Shown here in pieces: positions 1 through 13,359 of a stretch of DNA of 64,000 nt (its first letter is position 1; each line of letters begins with the position of its first letter). The notes under the pieces are model-generated. The model made no database searches. It was not told where the DNA came from and saw only the letters and a program-made list of their open reading frames with translations. Both the position numbers and the translations under genes were made by a program. This DNA comes from Octopus vulgaris. Taxonomy: Eukaryota. The stretch covers positions 116,498,001 to 116,562,000 of the forward strand of contig OX597815.1 in NCBI GenBank assembly GCA_951406725.2, given 5' to 3'.

Positions 1-940
<940 letters not shown>

Positions 941-975
941 GGTATAATCATTCTTAATATGTTCTGGTAGATTTA

Positions 976-1186
976 GGCGGCAAACTTGCAAAATTGTTAC
1001 ATCGGACAAAATGCATAGCAGCATTTTTTCCAACTTTACATTCTGAGTTCAAGTACCGCAAAGGTTGATTTTACCTTTCATCCTTTTGGTGTGAGTAAAA
1101 TAAGCAGCAATTGAGCCCTGAGGGTGATGTAATCAACTTACCCCCTCTCAAGAAATCACTGGCTTTGTGCCAAAATTTGCAACCAG
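976..1186 (+). mobile_element. tRNA-derived Nin/Deu-domain SINE with target-site duplication
   Basis: GGCGG head, B-box gagttcaagtac, central ctttcatcctttt..taaaataag motif. Flanked by GTTCTGG(T/C)AGATTT at 961-974 and 1190-1203. Confidence 0.8.
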
Positions 1187-1212
1187 TAAGTTCTGGCAGA
1201 TTTTAGTGTACT

Positions 1213-1450
1213 CTTCTATATTTTTGAGATGAGGAATTATGTTCGTTATTTACAATGGATAGATAGGTGCCCTCACCCTGTTTGTTGTTACCACAATGTT
1301 TTGGCTGATGTACTCTCCAGCCTTCATCAGGGTTGGGTTCGAAATTCCACCAGAATACCTGATGAAGGCTGGAAAGTACATCAGCCAAAATGTTGTGGTA
1401 ACAACAAAGAAGGTGAGGACACCTATCTGTCCATTGTAAATAATGTAGAT
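1213..1450. mobile_element. Foldback element of two inverted Penelope-type terminal repeats, each carrying a decayed hammerhead
   Basis: Arms ~1239-1331 and ~1358-1450 are near reverse complements. Each reads CTGATGA-A-GGCTG..CAGCC-(G>A)AAA-C/T.. outward. The sequence family is the same as the Penelope repeat at 19611-19760. Confidence 0.8.
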
Positions 1451-2181
1451 TTTAATGTAAATATACTAACTGCTGTTGCGTTTTATCACAGGTAAACAAC
1501 TTTTCCTTTATGATGACTATGAGTTCATAACGTTCCATTTATTAAAACAAATTTTAGGAAGGTGAATTTTAATTAGAAAAGAAATTATTTATCTTATTAA
1601 AATAAAGAACTTTCAGGGTTTGCCTTAGACTTGAAAACGTAAATGTTGTACAAAGCCTTTTTCATTAATATATCCTGAGATACATAAGATGTAACAGTTA
1701 GTATTCCTTTTCATACCTCAAGACAATTTCCTGAATATGGATTTAGAGGAAGAATAGAAACTTTATAAGAAATGACATCCAATTTCAAATATTGAAGTAA
1801 AGAATCTCATGATACCTAATATCAAACAGCAGATAGATCGAATAGCATGATTTATGGATAGAAATGGTTATAGGATTCAGAAAGCATAGAGACTTTCATC
1901 AAAACACTAAGATCGCGAGTCATAAAATTGTAACCACTTGGGTGTTCTTGATTTGGAGAATGTAAATTTTGTGTCATGACATGAATTAATAAAGTTTTGT
2001 TGAATTATTTTAAAGAAAGGTATAGGCATGGCTGTGGGATTGAGAAGCTTACGTTGCAACCACAAGATTTCAGGTTCAATCTCACTGTGAGGCACTATGG
2101 GCAAATATCTTCTACTACAGCCCTGGGTTGACCAATGCTTTGTGAGTGAATATGGTGAATAGTAACTGTGTGTAAGTTTTG

Positions 2182-2213
<32 letters not shown>

Positions 2214-2400
2214 TCAGCATAGCCACAGCCTTTGGGCTGGAATATATAAAATAATAAAAGAATATATGTGTGTGTGTGTATAATATATATCCGTCTGTCC
2301 GTCCGTCCATCCGTCCGTCCGTCCGGCCGTCCATTCATCCATCCATCCATCCATCCATCCATCCATCATATTTATACAATGCAGGAATAACTGTATGAGG

Positions 2401-2559
2401 CACAGGCATGGGCATGTGGTTAAGAAGCTTGCTTCCCACCCATATGGTCTTGGGTTCAGTCCCATTGTGTGGAATTTTGTGCAAGTGTCTTTTATGATTG
2501 CTGTGGGCTGACTAAAGACTTGTTAGTGAATTGCTAGACAGAAACTGATAGAAGACTGT

Positions 2560-2616
<57 letters not shown>

Positions 2617-2877
2617 ATTCCTGTGTGTATGTGTACAGTTGTGCTGACATTATGTGGTAATTGTATGTGAGCATCACCACCATACAAGTGGTGTCATTCA
2701 TTTCCAGTTTTTTATGGAAAAATATGTCTGGTTATGGGGAAATATTAAGTGCTTGGAAACAGATGAGGGTTAGTGATAGAAAGGGTCTATAAATGTAGAA
2801 AACCTGCCTCAACAAATTCTGTCTGATCCATGCAAGCATGGAAAAGTTGACAGTAAAACAATGATGATGATGATGAT
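2401..2877 (+). mobile_element. CORE-SINE type B: same head as type A, internal (TG)n, RTE-like 3' tail ending in (GAT)n
   Basis: Head tggttaagaagcttgc..gggttcagtccc, core gcaagtgtctt, and tail gaagggt..gtagaaaa..catgcaagcatggaaaag..(gat)n shared with RTE 3' ends. Confidence 0.75.
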
Positions 2878-3660
2878 ATGTACATGTACATGCATGCGTG
2901 TGTGCATATGTCTCTCTCTGTATTTATCCCTCAGTGCTTGAGAGCAGGTGATGGTTTGTTTATGCCCCTATAACTTAGTTGGTTTGGCAAAAGGGACCAG
3001 ATTTTAAAAAGTAAGTACTGGGGGTGATCAGTTTGACTAAATTCCTCAAGATGGTGTTGTCTAATGACTAAAACAAGTAAAAGAATATAAGATACTAAGG
3101 CAGAAATATCACCTTTAAATCAACAATGAGAGAGAGAGAGAGAGATAGAAGAAAATGTGTTTCTTTTATCCTTTCTTTAAAAGTCAGATTATATTTTCTA
3201 TTTAAATTAAGGAGTAAAAGAATGTACCGATATTTATTCTGTAAAGTTTTCTTTTGCATCACATGTTACTGTTCTACTGTGTGAAAAAGCTTGTGAGATA
3301 ACTGGTATAATGCAATAGAAAATTTTGGAAGCTAGTCAAGCTACTGATCTTACAACATTAGATTTAGGAAGTTTTTTTTTATTTTTAACATTAAACATTA
3401 TTTCTTGCCTGTTATTTTAGTGAAGTCAAAGAATTCGTTACAAAGGAAAAGTGGTAGGCACTTATTTATTTAATCCTTTTCTTAAAGGTTTATGTTTTTC
3501 TTGTAACAGATGTGCCATTCATTCCATTCTCTTTATTTGATGATAATAAAGTTTCTATTTGTAATGACATTTGCATCAAATCTAAAATTTTTTTTCATGT
3601 TTCTAAACAAAAGGAACACTTCAAAAGTTGGCAAAATAAAGGAATGAGGGTTGTTTTAAA

Positions 3661-4037
3661 GCAGTGGTTCTCAACCATTTTTTTACCTATGGACCTCTTA
3701 GGTTCCTATTTTACTCTACTGGAACCCCATAGCTATTCAATGTTTAAAAAGATTCCAATATCTTTTTATAATTAAAAATAATCAAGAATTACTCTTACCC
3801 TTTTACTCTTTTTACTCTTTTACTTGTTTCAGTCATTTGACTGTGGCCATGCTGGAGCACCACCTTTTAGTTGAGCAAATCGATTCCAGGCCTTATTCTT
3901 TGTAAGCCTAGTACTTATTCTATCGGTCTCTTTTGCTGAACCACTAAGTTACAGGGATATAAATACACCAGGATCAGTTGTCAAATGATGTTGGGGGGAC
4001 AAACACAGACACACAAACATATACACACACACATACA

Positions 4038-4094
<57 letters not shown>

Positions 4095-4520
4095 CTTTAT
4101 ATATAATTTCGTTGTTAAAAATTGATTATACTTCTACACTACACAAAATATTTTAACAATTTTTTTATACAATATAGGTGTAGGAGTGGCTGTGTGGTAA
4201 GTAGCTTGCTTATGAACCACATGGTTCCGGGTTCAGTCCCACTGTGTGGCACCTTGGGCAAGTGTCTTCTACTATAGCCTCGGGCCATCACAAGGCTTTG
4301 GTTGGCCTGAGGCTATAGTAGAAGACACTTGCCTAAGGTGCCATACAGTGGGACTGAACCCAGAACCATGTGGTTGGTAAGCAAACTACTTATCACACAG
4401 CCACTCCTACACCTATATTGTATAAAAAAATTGTTAAAATATTTTGTGTAGTGTAGAAGTATAACCAATTTTTAACAACGAAATTATATATGAACTCTCA
4501 AGTGTCATGTGGACCCTGGT
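3661..4520. mobile_element. hAT-like MITE remnant split by a SINE insertion
   Basis: Begins with CAGTGGTTCTCAACC (a typical hAT MITE terminus) and resumes after the SINE, ending ..ggaccctggtt. Confidence 0.45.
3800..4407 (-). mobile_element. CORE-SINE type A carrying an inverted duplication of its head and flank
   Basis: Tail (ttttactc)n at 3800, internal (TA)n, head ending ccactcc at 4407. Positions 4099-4287 are an inverted copy of 4303-4491. Confidence 0.85.
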
Positions 4521-4843
4521 TAAAGTAATATAGAAGCAGATTGAAGTAATTGTCAAAGATCTAAAAGAGGAGGTAGATATATGGTAAGACTAATTTATAG
4601 ATTAAATTGTTACAACATTACAAGTAGATGTTGAACCTGTATCATAACAAGCAAAAATAGTTGTTACACAGCTGTTGGTGTTTTTCAGAACGTACAGTGT
4701 GTTTTTCTTTTATTATATTGAAAATATTCTGCTGCATATGTGTGGAGAGCCTTGTAGTACTGTATGTTGGTTGGTTATGGGGGCGAGAGGGAATCATGGA
4801 CATGGATTTTATCTTGCTGAGTGGGTCTTCTCAAGTACAGAAT

Positions 4844-5048
4844 TATTTCATTACTGCCCACAAGGGGCTACACAGAGAGGGGACAAACAAGGACAGACAA
4901 ACAGATTAAGTCAATTATATCGACCCCAGTGTGTAACTGGTACTTATTTAATTGACCCCAAAAGGATGAAAGGCAAAGTCGACCTTGGTGGAATTTGAAC
5001 TTAGAACATGATGGCAGACGAAATACCGCTAAGCATTTCACCCGGTGT
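4844..5048 (-). mobile_element. Nin/Deu-domain SINE, 5' truncated
   Basis: High similarity to the 12366-12596 copy (ggacaaacaaggacagac, gaccccaaaaggatgaaaggcaaagtcgacc). Confidence 0.85.
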
Positions 5049-5435
5049 TCAGAATATTGCCAGTTGTCTCAGTCCAACAAGCTTCTTTCAGTTTTCATCT
5101 TATAAGACTTTGGTTGGCCTGTGACTATAATAGAAGACACTTGCCCAAGGTACCATGCAGTAGGCCTGAACCTGAAACCATGTAGTTGATAAGTAAACAT
5201 CCTACCACACAAGTATACTTGTATCTTGATCATCATCAACATCATGCTGATGATTAAGGGAGTGGTTATATGGTGGTTATATTTAGGGTGTTCAAACATA
5301 CCCACCGTCTTCTGCTTTAAATAAAGCATTGGGTTTCTACATGGAACCTTTTGTTGACTTCTAGAATTCTGAAAATCTTATTGCAAAAATGTCAGAAGAA
5401 GAATATATAAATATGAGATGTAAAATTAATATTAA

Positions 5436-5510
5436 TATAGCCTCGGGCTGACCAAAGCCTTGTGAGTGGATTTGGTAAATAGAAACTGAAAGAAGCCTGT
5501 TGTATGTGCA

Positions 5511-5569
<59 letters not shown>

Positions 5570-5780
5570 TTGTGTGTCTGTGGTAGTCCCCCCAACATCA
5601 CTTGACAACTGATGTTGGTGTGTTTACGTACCCGTAACTTAGTGGTTTGGCAAAATACACCAATAGAATAAGTACTAGGCTTGCAAAGAATAAGTCCTGA
5701 GGTCAGTTTGTTCGACCAAAGTCGGTGCTCCAGCTATGCTGCAGTCAAATGACTGAAACAAGTAAAAGAATAAAAGAATA
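5436..5780 (+). mobile_element. CORE-SINE type A, 5' truncated
   Basis: tatagcctcggg..gaaactgaaagaagcc-(TG)n-..gactgaaacaagtaaaagaataaaag. Confidence 0.8.
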
Positions 5781-5869
5781 ATATAAAATCATAATGCTGT
5801 CATTTTTCAGATGAAATGTTAGATGATGATGATGATGATGATGATGAAGACGACAACGACGACGATGAT

Positions 5870-6200
5870 GGACTTGGCAGAGCAAAAAAGTGGTATGAGC
5901 ATAAACCTGAAGGCATCATTGAAAATGATAATGCAAAGATCCTATGGGATTTTATGATTCAGTTATGGCATCTTTTGTATTCACATTGTGCCAATTTTGG
6001 GCATCCACTAACTATTTGCTATAACTGTTTCACCCGTCTCACTACACATTCTGCATTTGTTGCTATCGGTAGTGTTGTCTATGCTGCACTTCGCATAATT
6101 GGTCCTTAACACTTGTTCCTGAGCTGTACATATGAATGCTTCTGTCTCTATCTTCAGGTCACTCCTCCTCAGCTATAACCACTGATCCTCTGTGTCTGTC
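5870..6200. pseudogene. R4/Dong-clade (RLE-type) non-LTR retrotransposon C-terminal remnant with internal inversion
   Basis: Plus strand 5870-5962 reads GLGRAKKWYEHKPEGIIENDNAKILWDFMIQ. Minus strand 6200-5962 reads WL*LRRSDLKIETEAFICTAQEQVLRTNY..KCRMC..ETV..IVSGCPKLAQCEYKRCHN (zinc-knuckle region). Confidence 0.8.
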
Positions 6201-6309
6201 TTGGTGTTCACATCTCTTGCAAGCTGACCGTATATTTTCTTTTCTTTCCATGCTTTTTCTTTTTTTTTTGCTCATTTCTTGTTTAAATTTTTTTTTAGTT
6301 GCACAATCT

Positions 6310-6857
6310 TCAGTGGAATTTGAACGCAAAATGCAAAGATGGATGAAATGTTGCTAATCATTTTGCCTGACATGCTAACGATTTTTCCAGCTTACTGAAT
6401 TAATCAATAATAATAATAGTAACGGTTTCAAATTTTGGAAAAGAAAAGGCCAGCATTTTTTGAGGGGAAGGGGAAGTTAATTATATTGACTGGTACTTAT
6501 TTTATTGACCCTGAAAGGAAGGAAGGCAAAGTTGACCTTAGCAGAATTTGAACTCAGAATGTAAAGATGGATGAAATGCAATGAAGCATTTTGCCCAGTA
6601 TGCTACTAATCCTGCCAATCTGCTACTTTAAATAATAATAATGGGTTCAAATTTTGGCACATGGTCAGCAATTTCTGGGGAAGGGTTAAATCAATTACAT
6701 CGACCCCAGTGTTTCACTGGTACTTATTTTATCGACCTCAAAAGGATGAAAGGCAAAGTCAGCCTTTGCAGAATTTGAACTCAGAATGTAAAGGACAGAT
6801 GAAATGCCACTAAACAGTTTGTCTGATGTGCTAATGATTCTACCAGCTTGCCACCTT
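6310..6857 (-). mobile_element. Tandem cluster of three Nin/Deu-domain SINEs
   Basis: Repeated gaatttgaactcagaatgtaaag..gatgaaatg units at ~6310-6395, 6424-6629 and 6643-6857, separated by (aat)n. Confidence 0.8.
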
Positions 6858-8349
6858 CACAATGATAATAATAATATTAATGTTAGAGCATTGTATTCAG
6901 CATTGCTTTCAAAATATTAAGTTCCATGCTGACTGCTCACAGCTAGTGAGAATGGGTTTTTATATAATTTTCCTTCCTGTCAAATGCTTTTCCTTTCACT
7001 TCAGCAAAAAATTAAAAGCTTGACTTCAGTTTATTAAAAGCAAAGTAGCATTATCTTTATTTTCACAACTTACCTATTTATAAACTTACAGAATTCATGT
7101 AACAATTCACACAGTTCTTTGTGAAGAAATCAGGAACAGAAATATATGATTGTGTATGTATATATACGCATATATATATTTACACATACATACATACACA
7201 CATCCATCCATCCATCCATCCATCCATCCATCCATCCATCCATCCATCCATACATACATACATACATACATACATACATACATACATACATACATACATA
7301 CATACATACATACATACTGACATATATATATATATTTTTTTCTATTGCTTTTATTTAATGCACATTTAACAATGTTATGTATCTGTAAATGTAATTAGGT
7401 GGTCTGGTCTTAATCAAAAGTGTTTAAGTTAATATTGATTTCCGACATTGGCACAGAGCCAGAAAGTTTTGCAGTAGGGTACAGTCGATTAACTCAGCCT
7501 CAGTATATTATTTCTACATATGTGAGCCAGCAAGAGAATGTCTATGTAGTTACTCGACTTGCTAGAAATAGTAACCAAATCTCTCCCAAACCACGTCTTA
7601 CATTCTTAAAAACTGAAAGAATATATTAGATAATGTAGGTCAAGAGAGAGTATAGCTGACAAAAGCAAAAACAAAAACAAAAAAAAAGACCATGACTGGA
7701 ATGCTTTTTACTATATAAATCTATTTGATCATTGTTGTTGGGGGAATTTCAACCATGTTTCGTGGTCTGCTACCACAACAGCTCCTTTATAGGATCCAGT
7801 TAGCTCAAGACATCATCAGGAGGAATCACGCCCGGTTTCGGCCCCTACTCCTCTACTGTTTTGACGTGGCGCCCCCCCCCCTTTCGGAGATGTCTTCAGC
7901 TCTGGTGTTGGGTACATATCTTCTTTCTTCTGTTCCCCGGCCTCTTCGATGTAGTGTCAATGAGTGTCAGTGGGTGACTGACTGTCTTGTCAAATTTCCC
8001 TTTGACATTATCATAATTATGATAATTGATAATTATCATAATCTAAATCATGATCGTTATCATAATTACTGTACAGGCTTAGGTGTATGATTAAGGAGTT
8101 CATCTTCACAATGACATGGTTCCAGATTTGATTCCCCTGAGTGAATTCTTGGGCAAGTATCTTCTACCATAGCTTCGGATTGGACAGTGTCTTGGTGAAA
8201 TTTGGTTGTCAGAAACTGTGTAGAAGATTTCATTTATGAAAACTCTAATTTTAATTTTAATTATGAGGTTGTCTCCCTTACATTTCTTTACCAGAATAAA
8301 TCATTATGATAATGACTGTTTTCTCGTTGTTACTATGGAGTAACTTTAT

Positions 8350-8578
8350 TCCATCCATCCATTCGTCTTTCTTCTCTGACCACTTTTCTGGAAGGGTTGT
8401 TGGGGTAGAGTCCTCAAGCACTACCTCCATTTTCCAGATGGATTCCTAGGCACGGCCAACTGAGATTATAGATTTTATCCAACTATCTCATTCTTGATCT
8501 ACTCCATTGTCTTCTGTCAGTTAGCTCAGCTTGAAGAATCTGTCTTGTGAGTCTTTCCTGTGACATTCTAATCACATT
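8350..8578 (-). mobile_element. Old RTE-like LINE 3' fragment
   Basis: Minus strand reads roughly VIRMSQERLTRQILQAELT.RR..SR.RMR, resembling the RTE C-terminus, and ends in a (GGAT)n-like tail. Confidence 0.45.
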
Positions 8579-9772
8579 CTAATTATTTGACTAAAAAAAT
8601 TTAATTTATTACATCTAGTAAATTTATATGTATTACAGAGAATTTAATCTTGGTAAAAACGTCAAGAAACCTAGAAATGCTTTCCTGTTTGCAGCTGTTT
8701 GCATGTCTTGCCATGTGCTTGGTGACTGTGAACAACAGTCTCACTGTCAACACATAGGGTTGTATTTTGCATCAGTCAGCCAGCAAAGCATGTCTGGGCT
8801 TCTTGTCATGTTTAGTGGGATTAAATTTTCTGTAATATGTACTAATATGCTTGATGTAATAAATCAAAACTTTTTAATTAAATAAAATTACACTCAGAGT
8901 GATAAGGGGGAGAGAAATCTTTATCTTAATTACTTATTCTAGTAGAGAAATATGAGAGAAATAACCTCAAAACTTAAATGAATTTGCAATAATATGAGGA
9001 TGAGTCAAAGTTAAAAGGAATATAAATCAAAATTAGTTCTTCATTATGGTCAGTCTGGTAGAGCAAAACAAAAACATAAATAAAAAAATAAATAAAAAAT
9101 AAATAGATAAATAAAATAAAGTAGGGTTCATTTCACAATATCATGATCGATTTTTCAGTGTGATGAGGAATGTTGATACACTGGAATGGTTAGCTAGTGT
9201 AGCATTCATATTTTGCAGGCAGTCAGGTTGCCAAAACAGAATCAGCTAAAATTATTAGTATGTTAGAAGTTTGGGTGGCATTTTGATGGTAGTTAGAGAA
9301 AGAATTTTGTTTGCAGTCATGCTTGGTTTCTCAACACAAGATTCTTTCAGTTTCTATTGTCTTTATTTGTCAACAGCATTTTGTCTCCAGGTATCAGCTT
9401 GCTAACTGCTGACTTAATCAAGCCTGGTTCTGTATTAATCTGACTCTGTTCAACTACCTGGTGGTGTTTTCTCTTTTATAGCTTGTGATTAGCATTATCA
9501 AAGCTTGACTGATTTTTCAATCAACAATTTTGGATTCATAAGAATTTTTGGTGATGTCAGTCAAAGAATATGATGTGTAGTTGTTGAGCATCAGTGCTTT
9601 GATTTTCTTGATATCATCACATCCAGATACAAACAAATTCCTAAAAGTAACCATTAGTCAGAATTTTACTGATGTGACAAAACACATGTTGCAACTGAGT
9701 TTGGAAACCATCTATAAGCTCCAAATTTGAATAATGGTGTAGATGACCCCATAGAAAGCAGTATAGTAATAA

Positions 9773-9813
9773 CTCCAGATATGCTTCTGTCTTATTAGAC
9801 CTCATCAGTGAAG
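9773..9813 (-). ncRNA. Degenerate minimal type-I hammerhead ribozyme motif
   Basis: CTTCA-CTGATGA-GGTCT-AATA-AGACA-GAAG-CATATC-TGGAG. Stem I pairs (CUUCA/UGGAG) and stem II forms, but GAAA is mutated to GAAG. Confidence 0.5.
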
Positions 9814-10127
9814 CATAGTCTAACTGTCGCAACCTGTTCTTAAAATATTCTAAAATCAGAATGTGCACTATCATACTTGATGTAGGCTGCCAAGAAATAT
9901 AAAATTATTAAAAATTATCAGTAGTCTACATAATAAGCAGCTTTTAATTCCTATTTAGAATCATCTTTATTATATTTTATTATATTTACACTGTTAAAAC
10001 AGGGGTCAACCATAGCTGGTAATTTATTCATTTCATAGAAGTAGAGAAGCTGCTTTGTTTCACTAGGAAATTTCATGCAGGAAATGAAGACATTAGTTTT
10101 TAGGTTTATTTGTCAAATTTGTCTGAC

Positions 10128-10176
<49 letters not shown>

Positions 10177-10360
10177 CTTTCTATTCTTTACTTGCTTCTA
10201 TTATTAGACTGCAGCTATGCTAGGACCCCATTACTTATTTTTAAGTCTGGTACATGTGCTGCTGATTCTTTTTTGCTGAATCACTAAGTTGTGGGGATGT
10301 AAACAAACCAACACTGGTTGTCAGCAGTGGTGGGGGACAAACACAAGCACAAAGCACCAT

Positions 10361-11080
10361 GAGCAAATATCTTCTAGTATAGCCTTGGGCTAACCAAAGC
10401 CTTGAGGGTTGATTTGTTAAATGGAAATTGAAAGAAGTTAATTGAATAAACTTATGTGTAAGGCGGCGAGCTGGCAGAAATGTTTGCATGCCGAGCAAAA
10501 TGCTTAGCAGTATTCCATCTGTCTTTACGTTCTGAGTTCAAATTCCACCGAGATTGACTTTGCCTTTCATCCTTTCAGGGTCTCTCTCTTTACTCTCTCT
10601 TTACTCTTTTACTTGTTTCAGTCATTTGACTGCGGCCATACTGGAGCACCGCATTTAGTCGAGCAATTGACCCCAGGACTTATTCTTTGTAAGCCTAGTA
10701 CTTATTCTATTGGTCTATTTTGCCGAACCGCTAAGTTACAGAGACCTAAACACACCAGCATCGGTTGTCAAGCAATGTTGGGGAGACAAACACAGACATA
10801 CAAACACACATACATATATATACATATACATATACATATATACGACGGGCTTCTCTCAGTTTCCGTCAACCAAATCCACTCAAAGACTTTGGTCGGCCTG
10901 AGGCTATAGTAGAAGACACTCGCCCAAGGTGCCACTCAGTGAGACTGAACCCGGAACCATGTGGTTGGTAAGCAAGCTACTTACCACACAGCCAAGTACC
11001 AGTTACATACTGGGGTTGATCTAATCAATTGGCCCCCTCCCCCAAAATTTCAAGCCTTGTGCCTAGAGTAGAAAAGAATA

Positions 11081-11156
<76 letters not shown>

Positions 11157-11438
11157 TGTGTTTGTCTCTGCATGCACATGTGTGTGTATCTGTCTGTCTG
11201 TGTCAATGTGTAATTTTGTGTTTGTATTTTGCTCCACTCCCATTTGACAACTGCTATTGGTTTGTTTAGATCACTCTAACTTAATGGTTTGGCAAACAAA
11301 ACAAACAAAACATACAAAACTTTTAGAATAAGTACCAGACTTAGACATTAAGAAACAGGGTTAATTTGTTCAACTAAAACCTTTGAATGTGGTACCCCAG
11401 CATGGCCACAGTCCAATAGCTGAAACAAGTAAAAGATA
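10361..11438. mobile_element. Triple-nested SINEs: type A (+) host, containing a Nin-SINE (+, 10462-11080), containing a type A copy (-, 10583-10993)
   Basis: The Nin-SINE is broken at ..cctttcagggtc|aagtaccag.. by a near-complete minus-strand type A copy. Outer type A pieces lie at 10361-10440 and 11160-11438. Confidence 0.8.
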
Positions 11439-11509
11439 ACCCCCCATCACATATATACATATATATGCATATACCTTTATGCTTATATACAAACATACAT
11501 ATACATTCT

Positions 11510-11540
<31 letters not shown>

Positions 11541-11542
<2 letters not shown>

Positions 11543-12325
11543 CATCATCATCCATCATCATCATCATCATCATCATCATTATTCAGTATTTTAAATCTGG
11601 GTTTTATCTCCTTTGATGGGAGTGGCCAGATCTACCTCAATCCCATAGTAACTGCCCTCACCATCTTGTCTGGTTTTGTGTGTCTACCTTTTTCAACCAA
11701 ACCCTCCCAATCTCCTCCTCCACCTGCCCCCACCATCTTTTCCTCAGTCTATTTCACTTTTATGCTCCATTTACCTCAAACGCAATCACCCTCCTCAGAA
11801 CATGCTCTTTGTCCCTCCTCAATACATGTGCATTCCACCTCACTCCATTTGTCTTTGCCAACCGTTTCACCGATTCCTCCAGCACCAGCATTCCTATCAA
11901 ATCCTCAATCCTCCTTTTATCAAAGAATTTCATCCCACAGATTTCTCTCACCATTGCTCTCTCAGTCCTTCTCAAAATTATCATCTCTCTTTCCCTCAGA
12001 CACTATGTCTCGCTCCCATACAGCATTGCAGCTCTCATACAACTCTTGTAAACCCTTCATTTCATCTTTAATGAGAACCTTTTTCCATTTGACAATGTTC
12101 CACATTCCCTGAACTTCACCCAGCCAAGTCTCACTCTTGCTTCACATCCACCATTTACATCCATCCTATCTCCCAAATAACAAAACCCTCTTACCGTTTC
12201 CATCTCATCATATAGTGTTTCTATTAGTTCTGCTAGCCCTCCAGCTCCTTTCTCACATCTTCCACAAACAAACTCTCCCGTCAGTGTTGGTGGTCACCTT
12301 TTTCATTTTCTTACATTTACCATGA
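11541..12325 (-). pseudogene. RTE-clade LINE 3' fragment (second family) with (GAT)n tail
   Basis: ORF 11760-11984 (ILRRTERAMVREICG..VRWNAHVLRRDKEHVLRRVIAFEVNG) is a typical RTE C-terminus. It is frameshifted, with (CAT)n at 11541-11580. Confidence 0.85.
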
Positions 12326-12329
12326 GTCC

Positions 12330-12365
<36 letters not shown>

Positions 12366-12369
<4 letters not shown>

Positions 12370-12596
12370 TCTTTACTACCCACAAGGGGCTAAACACAGA
12401 GGGGACAAACAAGGACAGACAAACGGATTAAGTCGATTACATCGACCCCAGTGGGTAACTGGTACTTATTTAATCGACCCCGAAAGGATGAAAGGCAAAG
12501 TCGACCTCGGCGGAATTTGAACTCAGGACGTAACAGCAGACGAAATACGGCTACGCATTTCGCCCGGCGTGCTAACGTTTCTGCCAGCTCGCCGCC
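12366..12596 (-). mobile_element. Full-length young Nin/Deu-domain SINE
   Basis: GGCGGCGAGCTGGCAGAAACGTTAG head, B-box GAGTTCAAATTCC, Nin motif GTCGACTTTGCCTTTCATCCTTTCGGGGTCGATTAAATAAGTACC. CpGs are intact and it sits in (TA)n. Confidence 0.9.
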
Positions 12597-12602
12597 TTAT
12601 AT

Positions 12603-13335
<733 letters not shown>

Positions 13336-13359
13336 CTCCCATATACATACATATACATA

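Noticed and set aside
7745-7905. Hammerhead-like words on the minus strand (CTGATGA..GAAACATG; CTGAAGA..CGAAA)
   Set aside because: No consistent stem I and stem II pairing could be drawn.
11465-12112. 215-aa plus-strand ORF
   Set aside because: Antisense shadow of the minus-strand RTE fragment plus microsatellite.
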